From: an uncultured Clostridium sp.
Lineage (GTDB): Bacteria > Bacillota > Clostridia > TANB77 > CAG-508
Assembly (NCBI GenBank): GCA_947648215.1
Contig: CANSMW010000007.1
Coordinates: 7,082 to 71,081 of the forward strand
Direction of reading: 5' to 3'
Length of the DNA: 64,000 bases
The notes under the pieces were generated by a model. That model searched no databases. It had not been told where the DNA came from and saw nothing but the letters and a program-made list of their open reading frames with translations. How positions within the stretch are numbered: the stretch's first letter is position 1; each line of letters starts with the position of its first letter. Of this stretch, positions 46,322 through 57,074 are shown in pieces. The translations under genes were made by a program, and so were the position numbers.

Positions 46322-47524
46322 TTACGCAATAATGTCAGCAACAATTCCTGAACCTACTGTACGTCCACCTTCACGAATAGCGAATCTTAATCCTTTTTCG
46401 ATAGCGATTGGAGTGATAAGTTCGATTGTCATTGAAATGTTATCTCCTGGCATTACCATTTCGGTTCCTGCTGGTAATTCGATAACACCTGTAACGTCTG
46501 TTGTTCTAAAGTAGAATTGTGGTCTGTATCCGTTGAAGAATGGTGTATGACGTCCACCTTCTTCTTTTGTTAGAACGTATACTTCAGATGTGAATTTTGT
46601 ATGTGGATTGATGGTTCCTGGTTTTGCTAGTACTTGACCTCTTTCGATGTCTTTTCTATCAATACCTCTTAATAGAACACCAATGTTATCTCCTGCTTCT
46701 GCTTGGTCTAGTAATTTTCTAAACATTTCTACACCAGTAACAACAGTTTTTCTTCTTTCTTGAGATAGTCCTACGATTTCGATTTCATCAGAAAGTTTTA
46801 CAACACCTCTTTCTACTCTACCGGTTGCAACTGTTCCACGTCCTGTAATGGTGAATACGTCTTCAACTGGCATTAAGAATGGTTGGTCTACTGGTCTTTC
46901 TGGTGTTGGAATATAGCTATCAACTGCTTCCATTAATTCTTTCATGCAAACATATTCTGCTGCATTTGGATCAGTAGAAGTTGATTCTAATACTTTTAGA
47001 GAAGATCCTTTAATAATTGGAATGTCGTCTCCTGGGAAATCATAGCTTGATAATAAGTCTCTAACTTCCATTTCAACTAATTCTAATAATTCTGGATCGT
47101 CTACCATATCACATTTGTTTAGGTAAACAACGATAAATTTAACACCTACTTGTCTTGCAAGTAAGATATGCTCTCTTGTTTGAGGCATTGGTCCATCTGC
47201 TGCAGATACTACTAAGATAGCACCATCCATTTGAGCAGCACCTGTAATCATGTTTTTAACGTAGTCAGCATGTCCTGGGCAGTCAACGTGTGCATAGTGT
47301 CTGTTGTCTGTTTCATATTCTACGTGAGCTGTGTTGATTGTGATTCCTCTTGCTTTTTCTTCTGGAGCACCATCGATTTGATCGTATGCTTCAAATTGAG
47401 CTTTTCCTAATAAGCTTAAGTATTTTGTGATTGCTGCTGTTGTTGTTGTTTTTCCGTGGTCAACGTGACCGATTGTTCCGATGTTAACGTGTGGTTTTGT
47501 TCTTTCAAATTTAGCTTTTGCCAT
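46322..47524 (-). CDS. tuf: Translation elongation factor Tu.
   Basis: Full-length EF-Tu ([21 protein letters not shown]). Confidence 0.97.
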   Translation of the reverse strand: MAKAKFERTKPHVNIGTIGHVDHGKTTTTAAITKYLSLLGKAQFEAYDQIDGAPEEKARGITINTAHVEYETDNRHYAHVDCPGHADYVKNMITGAAQMDGAILVVSAADGPMPQTREHILLARQVGVKFIVVYLNKCDMVDDPELLELVEMEVRDLLSSYDFPGDDIPIIKGSSLKVLESTSTDPNAAEYVCMKELMEAVDSYIPTPERPVDQPFLMPVEDVFTITGRGTVATGRVERGVVKLSDEIEIVGLSQERRKTVVTGVEMFRKLLDQAEAGDNIGVLLRGIDRKDIERGQVLAKPGTINPHTKFTSEVYVLTKEEGGRHTPFFNGYRPQFYFRTTDVTGVIELPAGTEMVMPGDNISMTIELITPIAIEKGLRFAIREGGRTVGSGIVADIIA

Positions 47525-47649
47525 TTTTGAATTCCTCCTTTAATTTTTTATATTTTTTAAAATTTAATAACGAATATATTATTTGCACTAGTATTTTATA
47601 ATACTTTTGCTAAAATTGCAACATTTTTGTTACATTTTCTTTATCTTCT

Positions 47650-49734
47650 CTATTCCTCTTTCTTTGCACGAGATGCTACAATGGCATCTAATACAGATTT
47701 TGGAACTTCTTCGTAGTGAGATGGTTCCATTGCATAGGTTCCTCTTCCTTGTGTTTTTGAACGAAGGTCTGTTGCATATCCAAACATTTCAGATAATGGA
47801 ATAAATCCACGAATAATTTGGTTTCCACTTCTTGCTTCCATTCCTTCCATTCTTCCACGTCTTGAGTTAATGTCTCCTATAACGTCTCCCATGTATTCTT
47901 CTGGAACAGTTACTTCTACTTTCATAATTGGTTCTAGGATAACAGATTTTCCTTTTTTACATCCTTCTTTAAATGCCATAGAACCTGCAATTTTGAAGGC
48001 CATTTCTGAAGAGTCAACTTCGTGGTAAGAACCATCTACTAAGGTAGCTTTAAAGTCGATAACAGGATATCCTGCAAGAACACCACTTTCCGAAGCTTCT
48101 CTGATACCTTCTTCAATTGGTTTAATGTATTCTTTTGGAACAGCACCACCAACGATTTTGCTTTCAAATTCAACACCAGTTCCTGGCTCTAATGGTTCCA
48201 TTTCTATCCATACATGACCATATTGTCCACGACCACCAGATTGACGGATGAATTTTCCTTCTACTTTTACTTTTTCACGAATGGTTTCTTTGTATGCAAC
48301 TTGTGGTTTACCAACATTTGCTTCTACTTTGAATTCTCTTTTTAATCTATCTACGATAATATCTAGGTGTAATTCTCCCATTCCAGCAATAATAGTTTGA
48401 CCTGTTTCATGGTTGGTATAGGTTTTGAAAGTAGGATCTTCTTCTGCTAATTTTGCAAGAGCGATTCCCATTTTTTCACTTGCAACCTTATCCTTTGGTT
48501 CGATCGCGATATCGATAACTGGCTCTGGGAATTCCATAGATTCAAGAATTACCGCATGAGCAGGATCGCAAAGAGTATCTCCTGTTGTGGTATCTTTTAA
48601 CCCTACAGCTGCTGCAATATCTCCTGAGAATACTTCTTCAATATCTTCTCTGTGGTTTGCATGCATTTGTAGAATACGTCCAATTCTTTCCTTCTTGTCC
48701 TTAGTAGAGTTTAATACAGTAGAACCTGCTTGTAAGGTTCCTGAATATACTCTAAAGAAACAAAGTTTTCCAACAAATGGATCGGTTGCAATTTTAAATG
48801 CTAATGCAGCAAATGGTTCATTATCTCCTGTTTTTGCTTCAATTTCATTTCCTTCTAAATCAACACCTTTAATGTGTGGAATGTCTAATGGAGATGGCAT
48901 GTAATCTACAATTGCATTTAATAACTCTTGCACACCTTTGTTTTTATAAGAAGAACCACAACATACTGGAACAATGTTATTATTAATTGTTCCCTTACGT
49001 AATCCTTTTTTAATTTCTGCTTCGGTTAATTCTTCTCCTTCTAGGTATTTCATCATTAAATCGTCATCTTGTTCTGCTGCTGCTTCAATCATTTGGCTTC
49101 TATATTTGTTTGCTTCTTCTAGCATATCCGCAGGAACATCACATTCTTCAATTTCTTTTCCTAAATCATCTTTATGAACAAATGCTCTCATTTTAATTAA
49201 ATCTACAATTCCTTGGAAATTGTCTTCTGCTCCAATTGGTAATTGAACAGGAACTGCGTTTGCATTTAAACGATCTTTCATTTGTTCTACACATCCTAAG
49301 AAGTTAGCACCAGTAATATCCATTTTATTTACATATGCCATTCTTGGAACATGATATTTATCAGCTTGTCTCCATACTGTTTCAGATTGTGGTTGTACCC
49401 CACCTTTAGCACAAAATACGGTTACAGAACCATCTAATACTCTTAGGGATCTTTGTACTTCAACCGTAAAGTCAACGTGACCTGGTGTATCAATAATATT
49501 AATTCTATGGTTTAACCAATGTGTCGTTGTAGCAGCAGAGGTAATGGTAATTCCTCTTTCTTGTTCTTGAGCCATCCAGTCCATTGTTGCTGCACCTTCA
49601 TGGGTTTCACCAATTTTATGAACACGACCTGTATAGAAAAGTATTCTTTCTGTTGTGGTAGTTTTACCAGCATCAATATGAGCCATAATTCCTATATTTC
49701 TGGTCATTTCTAGTGAGACTTCTCTTTTACCCAA
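47650..49734 (-). CDS. fusA: Translation elongation factor G.
   Basis: Full-length EF-G ([21 protein letters not shown]). Confidence 0.97.
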   Translation of the reverse strand: MGKREVSLEMTRNIGIMAHIDAGKTTTTERILFYTGRVHKIGETHEGAATMDWMAQEQERGITITSAATTTHWLNHRINIIDTPGHVDFTVEVQRSLRVLDGSVTVFCAKGGVQPQSETVWRQADKYHVPRMAYVNKMDITGANFLGCVEQMKDRLNANAVPVQLPIGAEDNFQGIVDLIKMRAFVHKDDLGKEIEECDVPADMLEEANKYRSQMIEAAAEQDDDLMMKYLEGEELTEAEIKKGLRKGTINNNIVPVCCGSSYKNKGVQELLNAIVDYMPSPLDIPHIKGVDLEGNEIEAKTGDNEPFAALAFKIATDPFVGKLCFFRVYSGTLQAGSTVLNSTKDKKERIGRILQMHANHREDIEEVFSGDIAAAVGLKDTTTGDTLCDPAHAVILESMEFPEPVIDIAIEPKDKVASEKMGIALAKLAEEDPTFKTYTNHETGQTIIAGMGELHLDIIVDRLKREFKVEANVGKPQVAYKETIREKVKVEGKFIRQSGGRGQYGHVWIEMEPLEPGTGVEFESKIVGGAVPKEYIKPIEEGIREASESGVLAGYPVIDFKATLVDGSYHEVDSSEMAFKIAGSMAFKEGCKKGKSVILEPIMKVEVTVPEEYMGDVIGDINSRRGRMEGMEARSGNQIIRGFIPLSEMFGYATDLRSKTQGRGTYAMEPSHYEEVPKSVLDAIVASRAKKEE

Positions 49735-49773
49735 TTTATTTTCCTCCTTACTTTTTCTATTGTTTGATAAAAT

Positions 49774-50250
<477 letters not shown>

Positions 50251-50540
50251 TCACTCCTTTTCTAGATATTTACTAGATATTAGAAATTAGTATTTTAGAG
50301 TTTAGAGAGCATCTCCATACCTAAATATCTATTTTCTTTTATCTTTTTAACATCTTAATTTTTGATATTTATATAAAATATCGAAAGTTACTCTGGAAAG
50401 TATTCTTTCCCGTATAGTGCTTTTATAAATCTATCTAAATTTAAGTACCTTAAGTTTAGTAAGAATTACAAGCACTAACCAAAGCTGAGAGTAGGTTATT
50501 GGTTAAATCTATTTTCTAACTTCTAACCTCTAGCTTCTAC

Positions 50541-50954
50541 CTATTTTTTTGGTTTTTTTGCTCCGTATTTTGAACGAGCTTGCATTCTGTCTTTTACTCC
50601 TGCTGTATCTAGAGTTCCTCTTATAATGTGGTAACGAACACCAGGTAAATCTTTTACCCTTCCTCCTCTAATTAGAACAACACTGTGTTCTTGTAAGTTG
50701 TGTCCGATTCCTGGAATATAAGAAGTTACTTCATAACCGTTTGAAAGTCTAACTCTGGCAACTTTTCTTAACGCTGAGTTTGGTTTCTTAGGGGTTACGG
50801 TTTTAACAACAGTACATACACCTCTTTTTTGTGGTGCTCTTGCATCGGTTAATGTTTTTTTCCTAGAGTTATAACCATGTTGTAATGCAGGTGCAGTTGA
50901 TTTTGAAGTTGTTGTTTTTCTTCCTTTTCTTACTAATTGATTAATCGTTGGCAC
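50541..50954 (-). CDS. rpsL: 30S ribosomal protein S12, with a GTG start.
   Basis: [12 protein letters not shown]… conserved S12. GGAGGTG ribosome-binding site. Confidence 0.95.
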   Translation of the reverse strand: MPTINQLVRKGRKTTTSKSTAPALQHGYNSRKKTLTDARAPQKRGVCTVVKTVTPKKPNSALRKVARVRLSNGYEVTSYIPGIGHNLQEHSVVLIRGGRVKDLPGVRYHIIRGTLDTAGVKDRMQARSKYGAKKPKK

Positions 50955-51054
50955 TTAAATTTCACCTCCTTACATTTGACAAATATTTCATTTTTATGAC
51001 AAATAAAACCGTTACGGAAATGCCACTTTTCGCATTTTACCATAACGGTTTATA

Positions 51055-51082
51055 TTCTATCACGATTTTTTTAGAATGTCAA
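51055..51082 (-). promoter_or_regulatory. str-operon promoter (TTGACA, 16-nt spacer, TAGAAT on the minus strand), followed by a leader hairpin.
   Basis: Minus-strand reading: TTGACATTCTAAAAAAATCGTGATAGAAT. Downstream leader inverted repeat CCGTTATGG…CCGTAACGG. Confidence 0.5.
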
Positions 51083-51119
51083 CGGTTTTTTGTTAATTTT
51101 TATCATGTCCCACGCCCTT

Positions 51120-53366
51120 TTAGTCTCCTAGTTGATCTCCCATTTCTTGGAACGCTTTTTTTTCATCTTCTGTCATTAAAGATATTGCTTCTTCTCTTTC
51201 CTCTGCACTGTTTTGTACGTTTCGTAGTGCTTTTTCATGATCAATCTCTTGATGTTCCATACCTAAGTTTTCTAATGATGATCTTCTTCTCATTTCTTCC
51301 TTTTCTTGTTTTGCCTCTGTTTTTGCCCTCACCTTTTCTACTCCTCTTTCTCTTTTGTTTCTTGCTTTTGTTTCTTGCCTTTCTTGTTTCACTCTTTCTT
51401 TTTCTTTATTCTTTTCTTCTTTTAAATCTGCTCTTGCTTGTAACTCTGTATAAGCTTTTCCTAATATTGCACCAATTCCATGAAATACTGTTCCAAATCT
51501 TTCTTTCCATGTTTTTGGTACTTTTATCATTGCATCTTCTGTTTGAACACCTTCGATTTCTCGATCCTTATTTGCATATCGTAATACTTCTCTATAATTG
51601 CTTTTTGATAATGTTGTTCCTCTTAGGTTATGTACAATTGTTGGTACTGGCATTTGTTCTTTATCGCTTGATTTTGTAATGTTATTAGCAATATCAATAT
51701 TATGAAGATAAGCTTTTATCATTTCAGAACCTTCTACTTGGTAGGTCTTTTCATAATCCAAAAGAGCTTTTAATACAAAAATATCTACTGAATTTAGTAT
51801 TGCCTTTCTTTCCTTTGGAGTCATTTCTTCTAAAATTTCTCTTGTATAAAATCTATCATTATCACTTTTTCCAACTCTTTCTGTTCTCCATAATATTGTC
51901 TTTTTTTCTTTTAATACATCTTTTATGTCATATTCTACTGGATCTAAAGTTATGCCATCACTATAATGGACTATTACTTTTCCCTTATTACTATTCACTT
52001 CAATTCTACTAATTGGCATTTGAGTTGATGTTTTTTTTCCATCTTGGAGTATTTGATTACCACTAGGTTGTTCTTGTGTTGGCTGATCACCTTGTTTTGC
52101 TTGTGCACTTTGTTTTGCTTGTGCATCTTGTTTTGTTTGTGCATCTTGTTTTGCTTGTGTACTTTGTTTTGCTTGTGCACCTTGTTTTGTTTGTGCATCT
52201 TGTTTTGCTTGTGCACCTTGTTTTGCTTGTGTACTTTGTTTTGCTTGTGCATCTTGTTTTGTTTGTGCACCTTGTTTTGCTTGTGCATCTTGTTTTGCTT
52301 GTGCATCTTGTTTTGTTTGTGCATCTTGTTTTGCTTGTGTACTTTGTTTTGCTTGTGCATCTTGTTTTGTTTGTGCCTTTAACTCTTCTATTCTTTCATC
52401 ATTATCTGGTTCTATAACCTCTACTTCTTCATCTGTAAGTTTATGTATCTTTTCTCTTTCCTTTTCTTGTTCAGCTTCTTGCTCATCATCTATTTGGTGA
52501 GTATCTTTTTTTTGTTCTTCTTCAATTGCACTCGCTTCTTTTTCTTCTTCCCAGCCAGTAATATCTATTAAACTTTGAATTCCCGCTTCACTTGAAAAAT
52601 CGATCGCATTATACTTTTCCTCAAAAGAAGCTAAGGTAGCTTGTGCTCCTTCTAATTCTTCTTTTGCACGACTCATCTCTTGGTTATATTCTTTATATAT
52701 TGCTTTTCTTTTTTGCAATTCCTCATTTGCCTTTTTAGAAAGAGCTTTATATGTTTCTGATTTTTTTATTTCATCTGTGCTTTTACTTAGCGTTAATCTT
52801 AGTTCAGATGCGGCTTTTGCTTCTGAAGCAAATTCTCTTCTTTTTGCTCTCATTTCTTCTAATCGACTCGATTTTTTTTCAATATCGCGATTCATTTCTT
52901 CTTTTTTAGAAACAATATACCCTTGTGCCTTTTCATAAATATTCCCTTGTTTTTCCTTTTGCTGTTCTAGTCTTTCTTGCTTTTCTTTTTCAATGGTAGC
53001 TTTCGTTTGTTGTTGTTCTTGTTTTGCTTGTTCTAATTCCCTATATCTACGATTATACTCTCTACCAAGTTCTTCTATTTTCTCTACATTTTGATTTATT
53101 TTACCTTCTATGGATTTATATTCCTCATCTCCTATTATTACTACCATACCTTTTAACTTACGTTTTGCTTGTTTAAGAGTTTCTCCTTTTTTTCTAGCTT
53201 CTTTTTCTTTGTTTCTTGCCTCATCACATCTTGCTTGGCTTTCTTCTACTTTTGCCAAAGCTTCTTTCTCCATTTCTTCCCATTTCTTAGACATATCCTC
53301 TTTTGTATATTCCACATAATCTTTTAATAATCGTTTCATTTCCTCAAAAAATTGTTTTTCCTCCAT
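51120..53366 (-). CDS. Large (748-aa) Lys/Glu/Gln-rich coiled-coil protein of unknown function with an internal hexapeptide tandem repeat.
   Basis: Intact ORF. N-terminus MEEKQFFEEMKRLLKDYVEYTKEDMSKKWEE is paralogous to the start of the next gene. The central region has about 16 repeats of (A/T)KQ(D/S/G)(A/T)Q. Confidence 0.6.
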   Translation of the reverse strand: MEEKQFFEEMKRLLKDYVEYTKEDMSKKWEEMEKEALAKVEESQARCDEARNKEKEARKKGETLKQAKRKLKGMVVIIGDEEYKSIEGKINQNVEKIEELGREYNRRYRELEQAKQEQQQTKATIEKEKQERLEQQKEKQGNIYEKAQGYIVSKKEEMNRDIEKKSSRLEEMRAKRREFASEAKAASELRLTLSKSTDEIKKSETYKALSKKANEELQKRKAIYKEYNQEMSRAKEELEGAQATLASFEEKYNAIDFSSEAGIQSLIDITGWEEEKEASAIEEEQKKDTHQIDDEQEAEQEKEREKIHKLTDEEVEVIEPDNDERIEELKAQTKQDAQAKQSTQAKQDAQTKQDAQAKQDAQAKQGAQTKQDAQAKQSTQAKQGAQAKQDAQTKQGAQAKQSTQAKQDAQTKQDAQAKQSAQAKQGDQPTQEQPSGNQILQDGKKTSTQMPISRIEVNSNKGKVIVHYSDGITLDPVEYDIKDVLKEKKTILWRTERVGKSDNDRFYTREILEEMTPKERKAILNSVDIFVLKALLDYEKTYQVEGSEMIKAYLHNIDIANNITKSSDKEQMPVPTIVHNLRGTTLSKSNYREVLRYANKDREIEGVQTEDAMIKVPKTWKERFGTVFHGIGAILGKAYTELQARADLKEEKNKEKERVKQERQETKARNKRERGVEKVRAKTEAKQEKEEMRRRSSLENLGMEHQEIDHEKALRNVQNSAEEREEAISLMTEDEKKAFQEMGDQLGD
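52076..52370. repeat. Coding 18-nt tandem repeat array (CTTGTGCAYCTTGTTTTG, about 16 units).
   Basis: Visible on the plus strand as TTGTTTTGCTTGTGCA(C/T)… iterations. It encodes AKQDAQ-type hexapeptides inside the 748-aa ORF. Confidence 0.8.
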
Positions 53367-53402
53367 TTTTGTCTCCTTCCTATTTACAAAAAAATCCTGT
53401 TT

Positions 53403-55184
53403 TTATTCTCCTCCAAGTATTACTTCACTCATCTTTATCTCTTTCTTATTTTCATCTACATTTTGTTGAAATGTTCTTGCATGTTCACTTTGTTCTTCTT
53501 GTGAAGGACTACCTGCTTTTAAGCCTTGTGTATATGAATTTATACTTTGATTCAAACTATTCGGTATAACAGCTGGCATTTCTTCATTTTTTGCTTTCTT
53601 AAAGAATCTTTTTACCCAAGTATTTCTTCTTGGTTTCTCTTCCGAAATTCTAGTATCTAAACTCTCTTCTTTCGATTTTTTTGCTCCATAATCTTTTATA
53701 AATTGTGGTATGATTAATGGCTTATTTATTTGTCTCATTGCTACAAATTCATTTTCTTCCTGTGTATGTGTATTCTTATCCTCAATATAGTTTGCTTTAC
53801 GATATGCTTCCCACTCTTTTTTTCTTTCTTCATCCGTTTTTACTGTTACTTGGCTTACTGCTTGCATCATTCTAGTTAAATAATCTACTTCCTCTATATC
53901 ATTTTCTGCTTGAGCAACTTTTAATTGTTCTTGAAGTTCTTCTTGAATTGATTCTTCTCTATTTTCCTTGCTCATTTCTTTTTGTAACATACTGCTTTGT
54001 TCTTCTATTAATTGTTTCGTTTCCCTCTTTTGACTAATCTTCTTCATCAATTGCTCATGTTTTTCTTTATTTTTTTGCCATCTTTCATGAATTTGTTCAT
54101 CATCGATTAATACTCCTTCTTTTCCGTCACCTAATAATTTCATTCCAAAACTCCAATTTACAAAACGAATTCCTATATTTCGCATTGCATTACCAATTTT
54201 AGCAATTCTATTTGGAATGTTCTTTATTCCTTCAATACCTTTTTGTGCCATACTCAAAAAAGTATTTTTTTCTTGAGATTGAGATTCATTTTCTCCTACA
54301 TATTTTGCACCTTGCAATTTACTTTCTCCAGCTACTAATTCATTTTGCTTAATGATTTCTTCCCTATTTGCTATTTTTCCTACGGTATCAAAAACAGATT
54401 TTGCTTTATCTTTGTCTTGCTCTGCCATTACTCTTTTGGCAACTTGGAGATAGATTGTTCCAATTGTAATTGATTTTATTTGTTCTAATTCTTCTATACT
54501 TACTTCTTCTAAATTCTTTATATATTCTTCTTTTGTAGAATAATAATCTCCCGTTAATAAATCTTGACAGTTTTTCTCTTTTCTTTCTAAACCTAGTTTT
54601 AATTTCTCTATTTTAGAAGCTCTTAATTCATTTTCTTCTTGTTTTTCTACTATAATAGCTAGATTTTTTATATCATCATCACTAAGTTCTTCATACTTTC
54701 TTAATGTCTCTAACTTTTCCTGTTCTACTCCCGTTGCTTCTTTTGCTTCTATCTCTTGTCTTACTGTATCACGTATTTCCTGCTTTATCTTAGCAATTTT
54801 TGCTTGTCTTCTTCTCTCTATTTGTGCATTCGCTTGTGCTAATTCTTCTTGTGTTCTATCTAATCCTCCTTCAAGTACCTCAATTTTCTTTTGATCTGTT
54901 TCTATTTTTTCCTTATTCTCTTTTATATCTGCTTCCAATTCATCAACCATACCAGGCTTTCTTACTTTCAAGCTTGGCATGGCTTTTTCAATGTCTTCAT
55001 TAAATTCTTCTGCTTTTTTGATGCTTTCTTTTAAATCGTTAATTTCTCTTTGCAATCTTTCTATATCGGCTTGTCTTTCATCCTTTACATTTACCCAATC
55101 TTTAGGCACTCGTCCCCTTGTAAATGCTAGGTAATCTTTTAGGAGTGGTTCTATTATTTCAATAATTACTTTTTCACTATCCAT
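53403..55184 (-). CDS. Paralogous 593-aa Lys/Glu-rich coiled-coil protein of unknown function.
   Basis: N-terminus …IEPLLKDYLAFTRGRVPKDWVNVKDE aligns with the downstream paralogue. Only 36 nt separate the two genes, which suggests an operon. Confidence 0.6.
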   Translation of the reverse strand: MDSEKVIIEIIEPLLKDYLAFTRGRVPKDWVNVKDERQADIERLQREINDLKESIKKAEEFNEDIEKAMPSLKVRKPGMVDELEADIKENKEKIETDQKKIEVLEGGLDRTQEELAQANAQIERRRQAKIAKIKQEIRDTVRQEIEAKEATGVEQEKLETLRKYEELSDDDIKNLAIIVEKQEENELRASKIEKLKLGLERKEKNCQDLLTGDYYSTKEEYIKNLEEVSIEELEQIKSITIGTIYLQVAKRVMAEQDKDKAKSVFDTVGKIANREEIIKQNELVAGESKLQGAKYVGENESQSQEKNTFLSMAQKGIEGIKNIPNRIAKIGNAMRNIGIRFVNWSFGMKLLGDGKEGVLIDDEQIHERWQKNKEKHEQLMKKISQKRETKQLIEEQSSMLQKEMSKENREESIQEELQEQLKVAQAENDIEEVDYLTRMMQAVSQVTVKTDEERKKEWEAYRKANYIEDKNTHTQEENEFVAMRQINKPLIIPQFIKDYGAKKSKEESLDTRISEEKPRRNTWVKRFFKKAKNEEMPAVIPNSLNQSINSYTQGLKAGSPSQEEQSEHARTFQQNVDENKKEIKMSEVILGGE

Positions 55185-55364
55185 ATTTATCTCCTTTTGA
55201 CTTTGCTAAAAATTAGCAAAATCCCACTTATATTTATTCTAACACAGATAGTAAAAGTTGACAAGTGTTTTTTATGTAAATTTGTTGTTTTTTCATTTAT
55301 TTTTCAATATTTATTGGTTTTATGTCGTATTTATTACAAAAATTTTACTTTTTTATACAAATTA

Positions 55365-55400
55365 GGACGACCAATGGTCGCCCTTGTAGAAATTTTAATT
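55365..55400 (+). repeat. Hairpin element, family 2, copy 2 (GGACGAC-CAATG-GTCGCCC-TTGTAGAAATTTTAATTT).
   Basis: The 7 + 7-nt stem is identical to the copy at 5502..5520. Confidence 0.55.
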
Positions 55401-56771
55401 TACCTTTTTACCTCATTTTGTAATGACTCAATTGCTCTATCCGCCAATTTACCATATTTTATTTTTTTATCTTTAATTCGTTCTTCCCATTCTGGCAAAA
55501 TTCCAAAGTTTGCATTCATTGGTTGGAATTTTGCATTTGGAGTTGCAATATAGTTTGCTAATGCCCCAATCATGGTATCTTTCGGAAATATGATTTTTTC
55601 TTTTCCCTGTAACCTATTTGCCACATTTAATCCTACTACCATTCCAGAACTAATGGATTCTACATATCCCTCTACTCCTGTAATTTGCCCTGCAAAATAA
55701 ATATTGGGATTTTTCTTTAAACAATAGTTGTTATCTAGTAGTTCACTTGCATGAAGATAGGTGTTTCGATGCATGACACCGTATTTTATAAATTCGGCAT
55801 TTTCTAAGCCTGGTATCATGGAAAATACTTTTCTTTGTTCCCCAAATTTTAGATTGGTTTGAAAGCCTACTAAATTATACAGACTTGCACTTACATCGTC
55901 TTGCCTTAGTTGCACAACTGCATAAGGGCGTCTTCCCGTTCTTCCATCCGTAAAACCTACTGGTTTTAGTGGACCAAAACAAAGGGTATCAGCTCCTCGT
56001 TTTGCCATAATTTCGATTGGCATACATCCTTCAAAAATCTCTCGTTTTTCAAATTCATGTAGGGTTACTACTTCGGCCGAAATGAGCGCTTGGTAAAAGG
56101 TTTCGTATTCTTCTTTGTTCATTGGTAAGTTAATATAGCTTGCTTCTTGGTTTGCTACACGTTTTTTCCAAGCTTCGATTTCTTCGTCTTTTCCTCGTTC
56201 TTGGTCATAACGATTTCCGAAAAAACGCAATTTCCATATTGATACTGTCTTTTTTTACAATTGGTGCTGCTGCATCGTAAAAATATAGTCGTTCTTTTCC
56301 CGTTAGTTTTGAAATATTCTCTGCGAGTGCGTTTGAGGTTAAAGGTCCAGTTGCAATGACGGTAATATTGTCTAAGGATTCCTCTTTTATTAGTTCTTCT
56401 CCTGTAAATTCTTCATGAAGAATTTCAATATTCGGATTTTCTTGTATTTTTTTAGTAACTAATTTTGAAAATTCTTCTCTATCTACTGCTAAGGCTTGAC
56501 CTGCTGGCACACTGGTTTTGTCTGCGCACTTAATTAATAAGGAATCTAATAGGCGTAGTTCTTCTTTTAATAATCCACATGCATTTGTATGTAAGTTGGA
56601 TTTAAAGGAATTACTACACACAATTTCTGCTAAATTTTCACTCGAATGTGCTTCTGAAAACTTTGTTGGTTTCATTTCATATAATTTTACCTTAATTCCT
56701 CGTTTTGCGATTTGATACGCTGCCTCGCATCCTGCTAAGCCTCCACCAATTACGTTTACATTTTTCTCCAT
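55400..56771 (-). pseudogene. trmFO: Methylenetetrahydrofolate--tRNA-(uracil54-C5)-methyltransferase TrmFO (Gid), split by a frameshift near 56205-56230.
   Basis: A 188-aa ORF has the FAD-binding N-terminus ([21 protein letters not shown]). A 276-aa ORF carries the remainder. The two ORFs overlap 26 nt at an A6/T7 homopolymer region. Confidence 0.8.
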
Positions 56772-56795
56772 AATCTAACCCTCTCTTTTATTTAA

Positions 56796-56823
56796 AAACG
56801 GGCGGCTACATATCACCGCCCAT
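56796..56823 (-). terminator. Rho-independent terminator downstream of the SCIFF peptide gene.
   Basis: Minus strand: GGGCGGTGATATGTAGCCGCCC followed by GTTTTTAAATAAAA. Confidence 0.6.
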
Positions 56824-56842
56824 TCAAAACTACCTCCAGCCG

Positions 56843-56986
56843 TTACTTTGCCTTCTCGCACGACTGGTTTCCTACCGTGCAAGACGTTTTACATGCCGAC
56901 TGACACGAGGTCTGGCATTCGCCACATCCGCCCTTTTTCATGGATTCCTTGTAATCTCTTGGAGTAAGTGTTTTAATGTGTTTCAT
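56843..56986 (-). CDS. scfA: SCIFF-family (six cysteines in forty-five residues) ribosomal peptide precursor, 47 aa: MKHIKTLTPRDYKESMKKGGCGECQTSCQSACKTSCTVGNQSCEKAK.
   Basis: AAGGAGGA ribosome-binding site 5 nt upstream of the ATG. It closely matches the SCIFF consensus GGCGECQTSCQSACKTSCTV.NQ.CE. Local GC content is elevated. It is below the 60-aa ORF-track cutoff. Confidence 0.75.
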   Translation of the reverse strand: MKHIKTLTPRDYKESMKKGGCGECQTSCQSACKTSCTVGNQSCEKAK

Positions 56987-57074
56987 TTGGTATCCTCCTT
57001 GGGTTTTGTTATTATTTTCAAACCGTTATGGTTCGATTATTCCTATTATAGCACGTTTCTATCTTTCTTGCAAA

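Noticed and set aside
52044-52417. The regular 18-nt direct repeats look superficially like a CRISPR array.
   Set aside because: The repeats are directly abutting with no spacers. They lie inside a long intact ORF and encode AKQDAQ-type hexapeptides. No cas genes are nearby. This is a coding tandem repeat.
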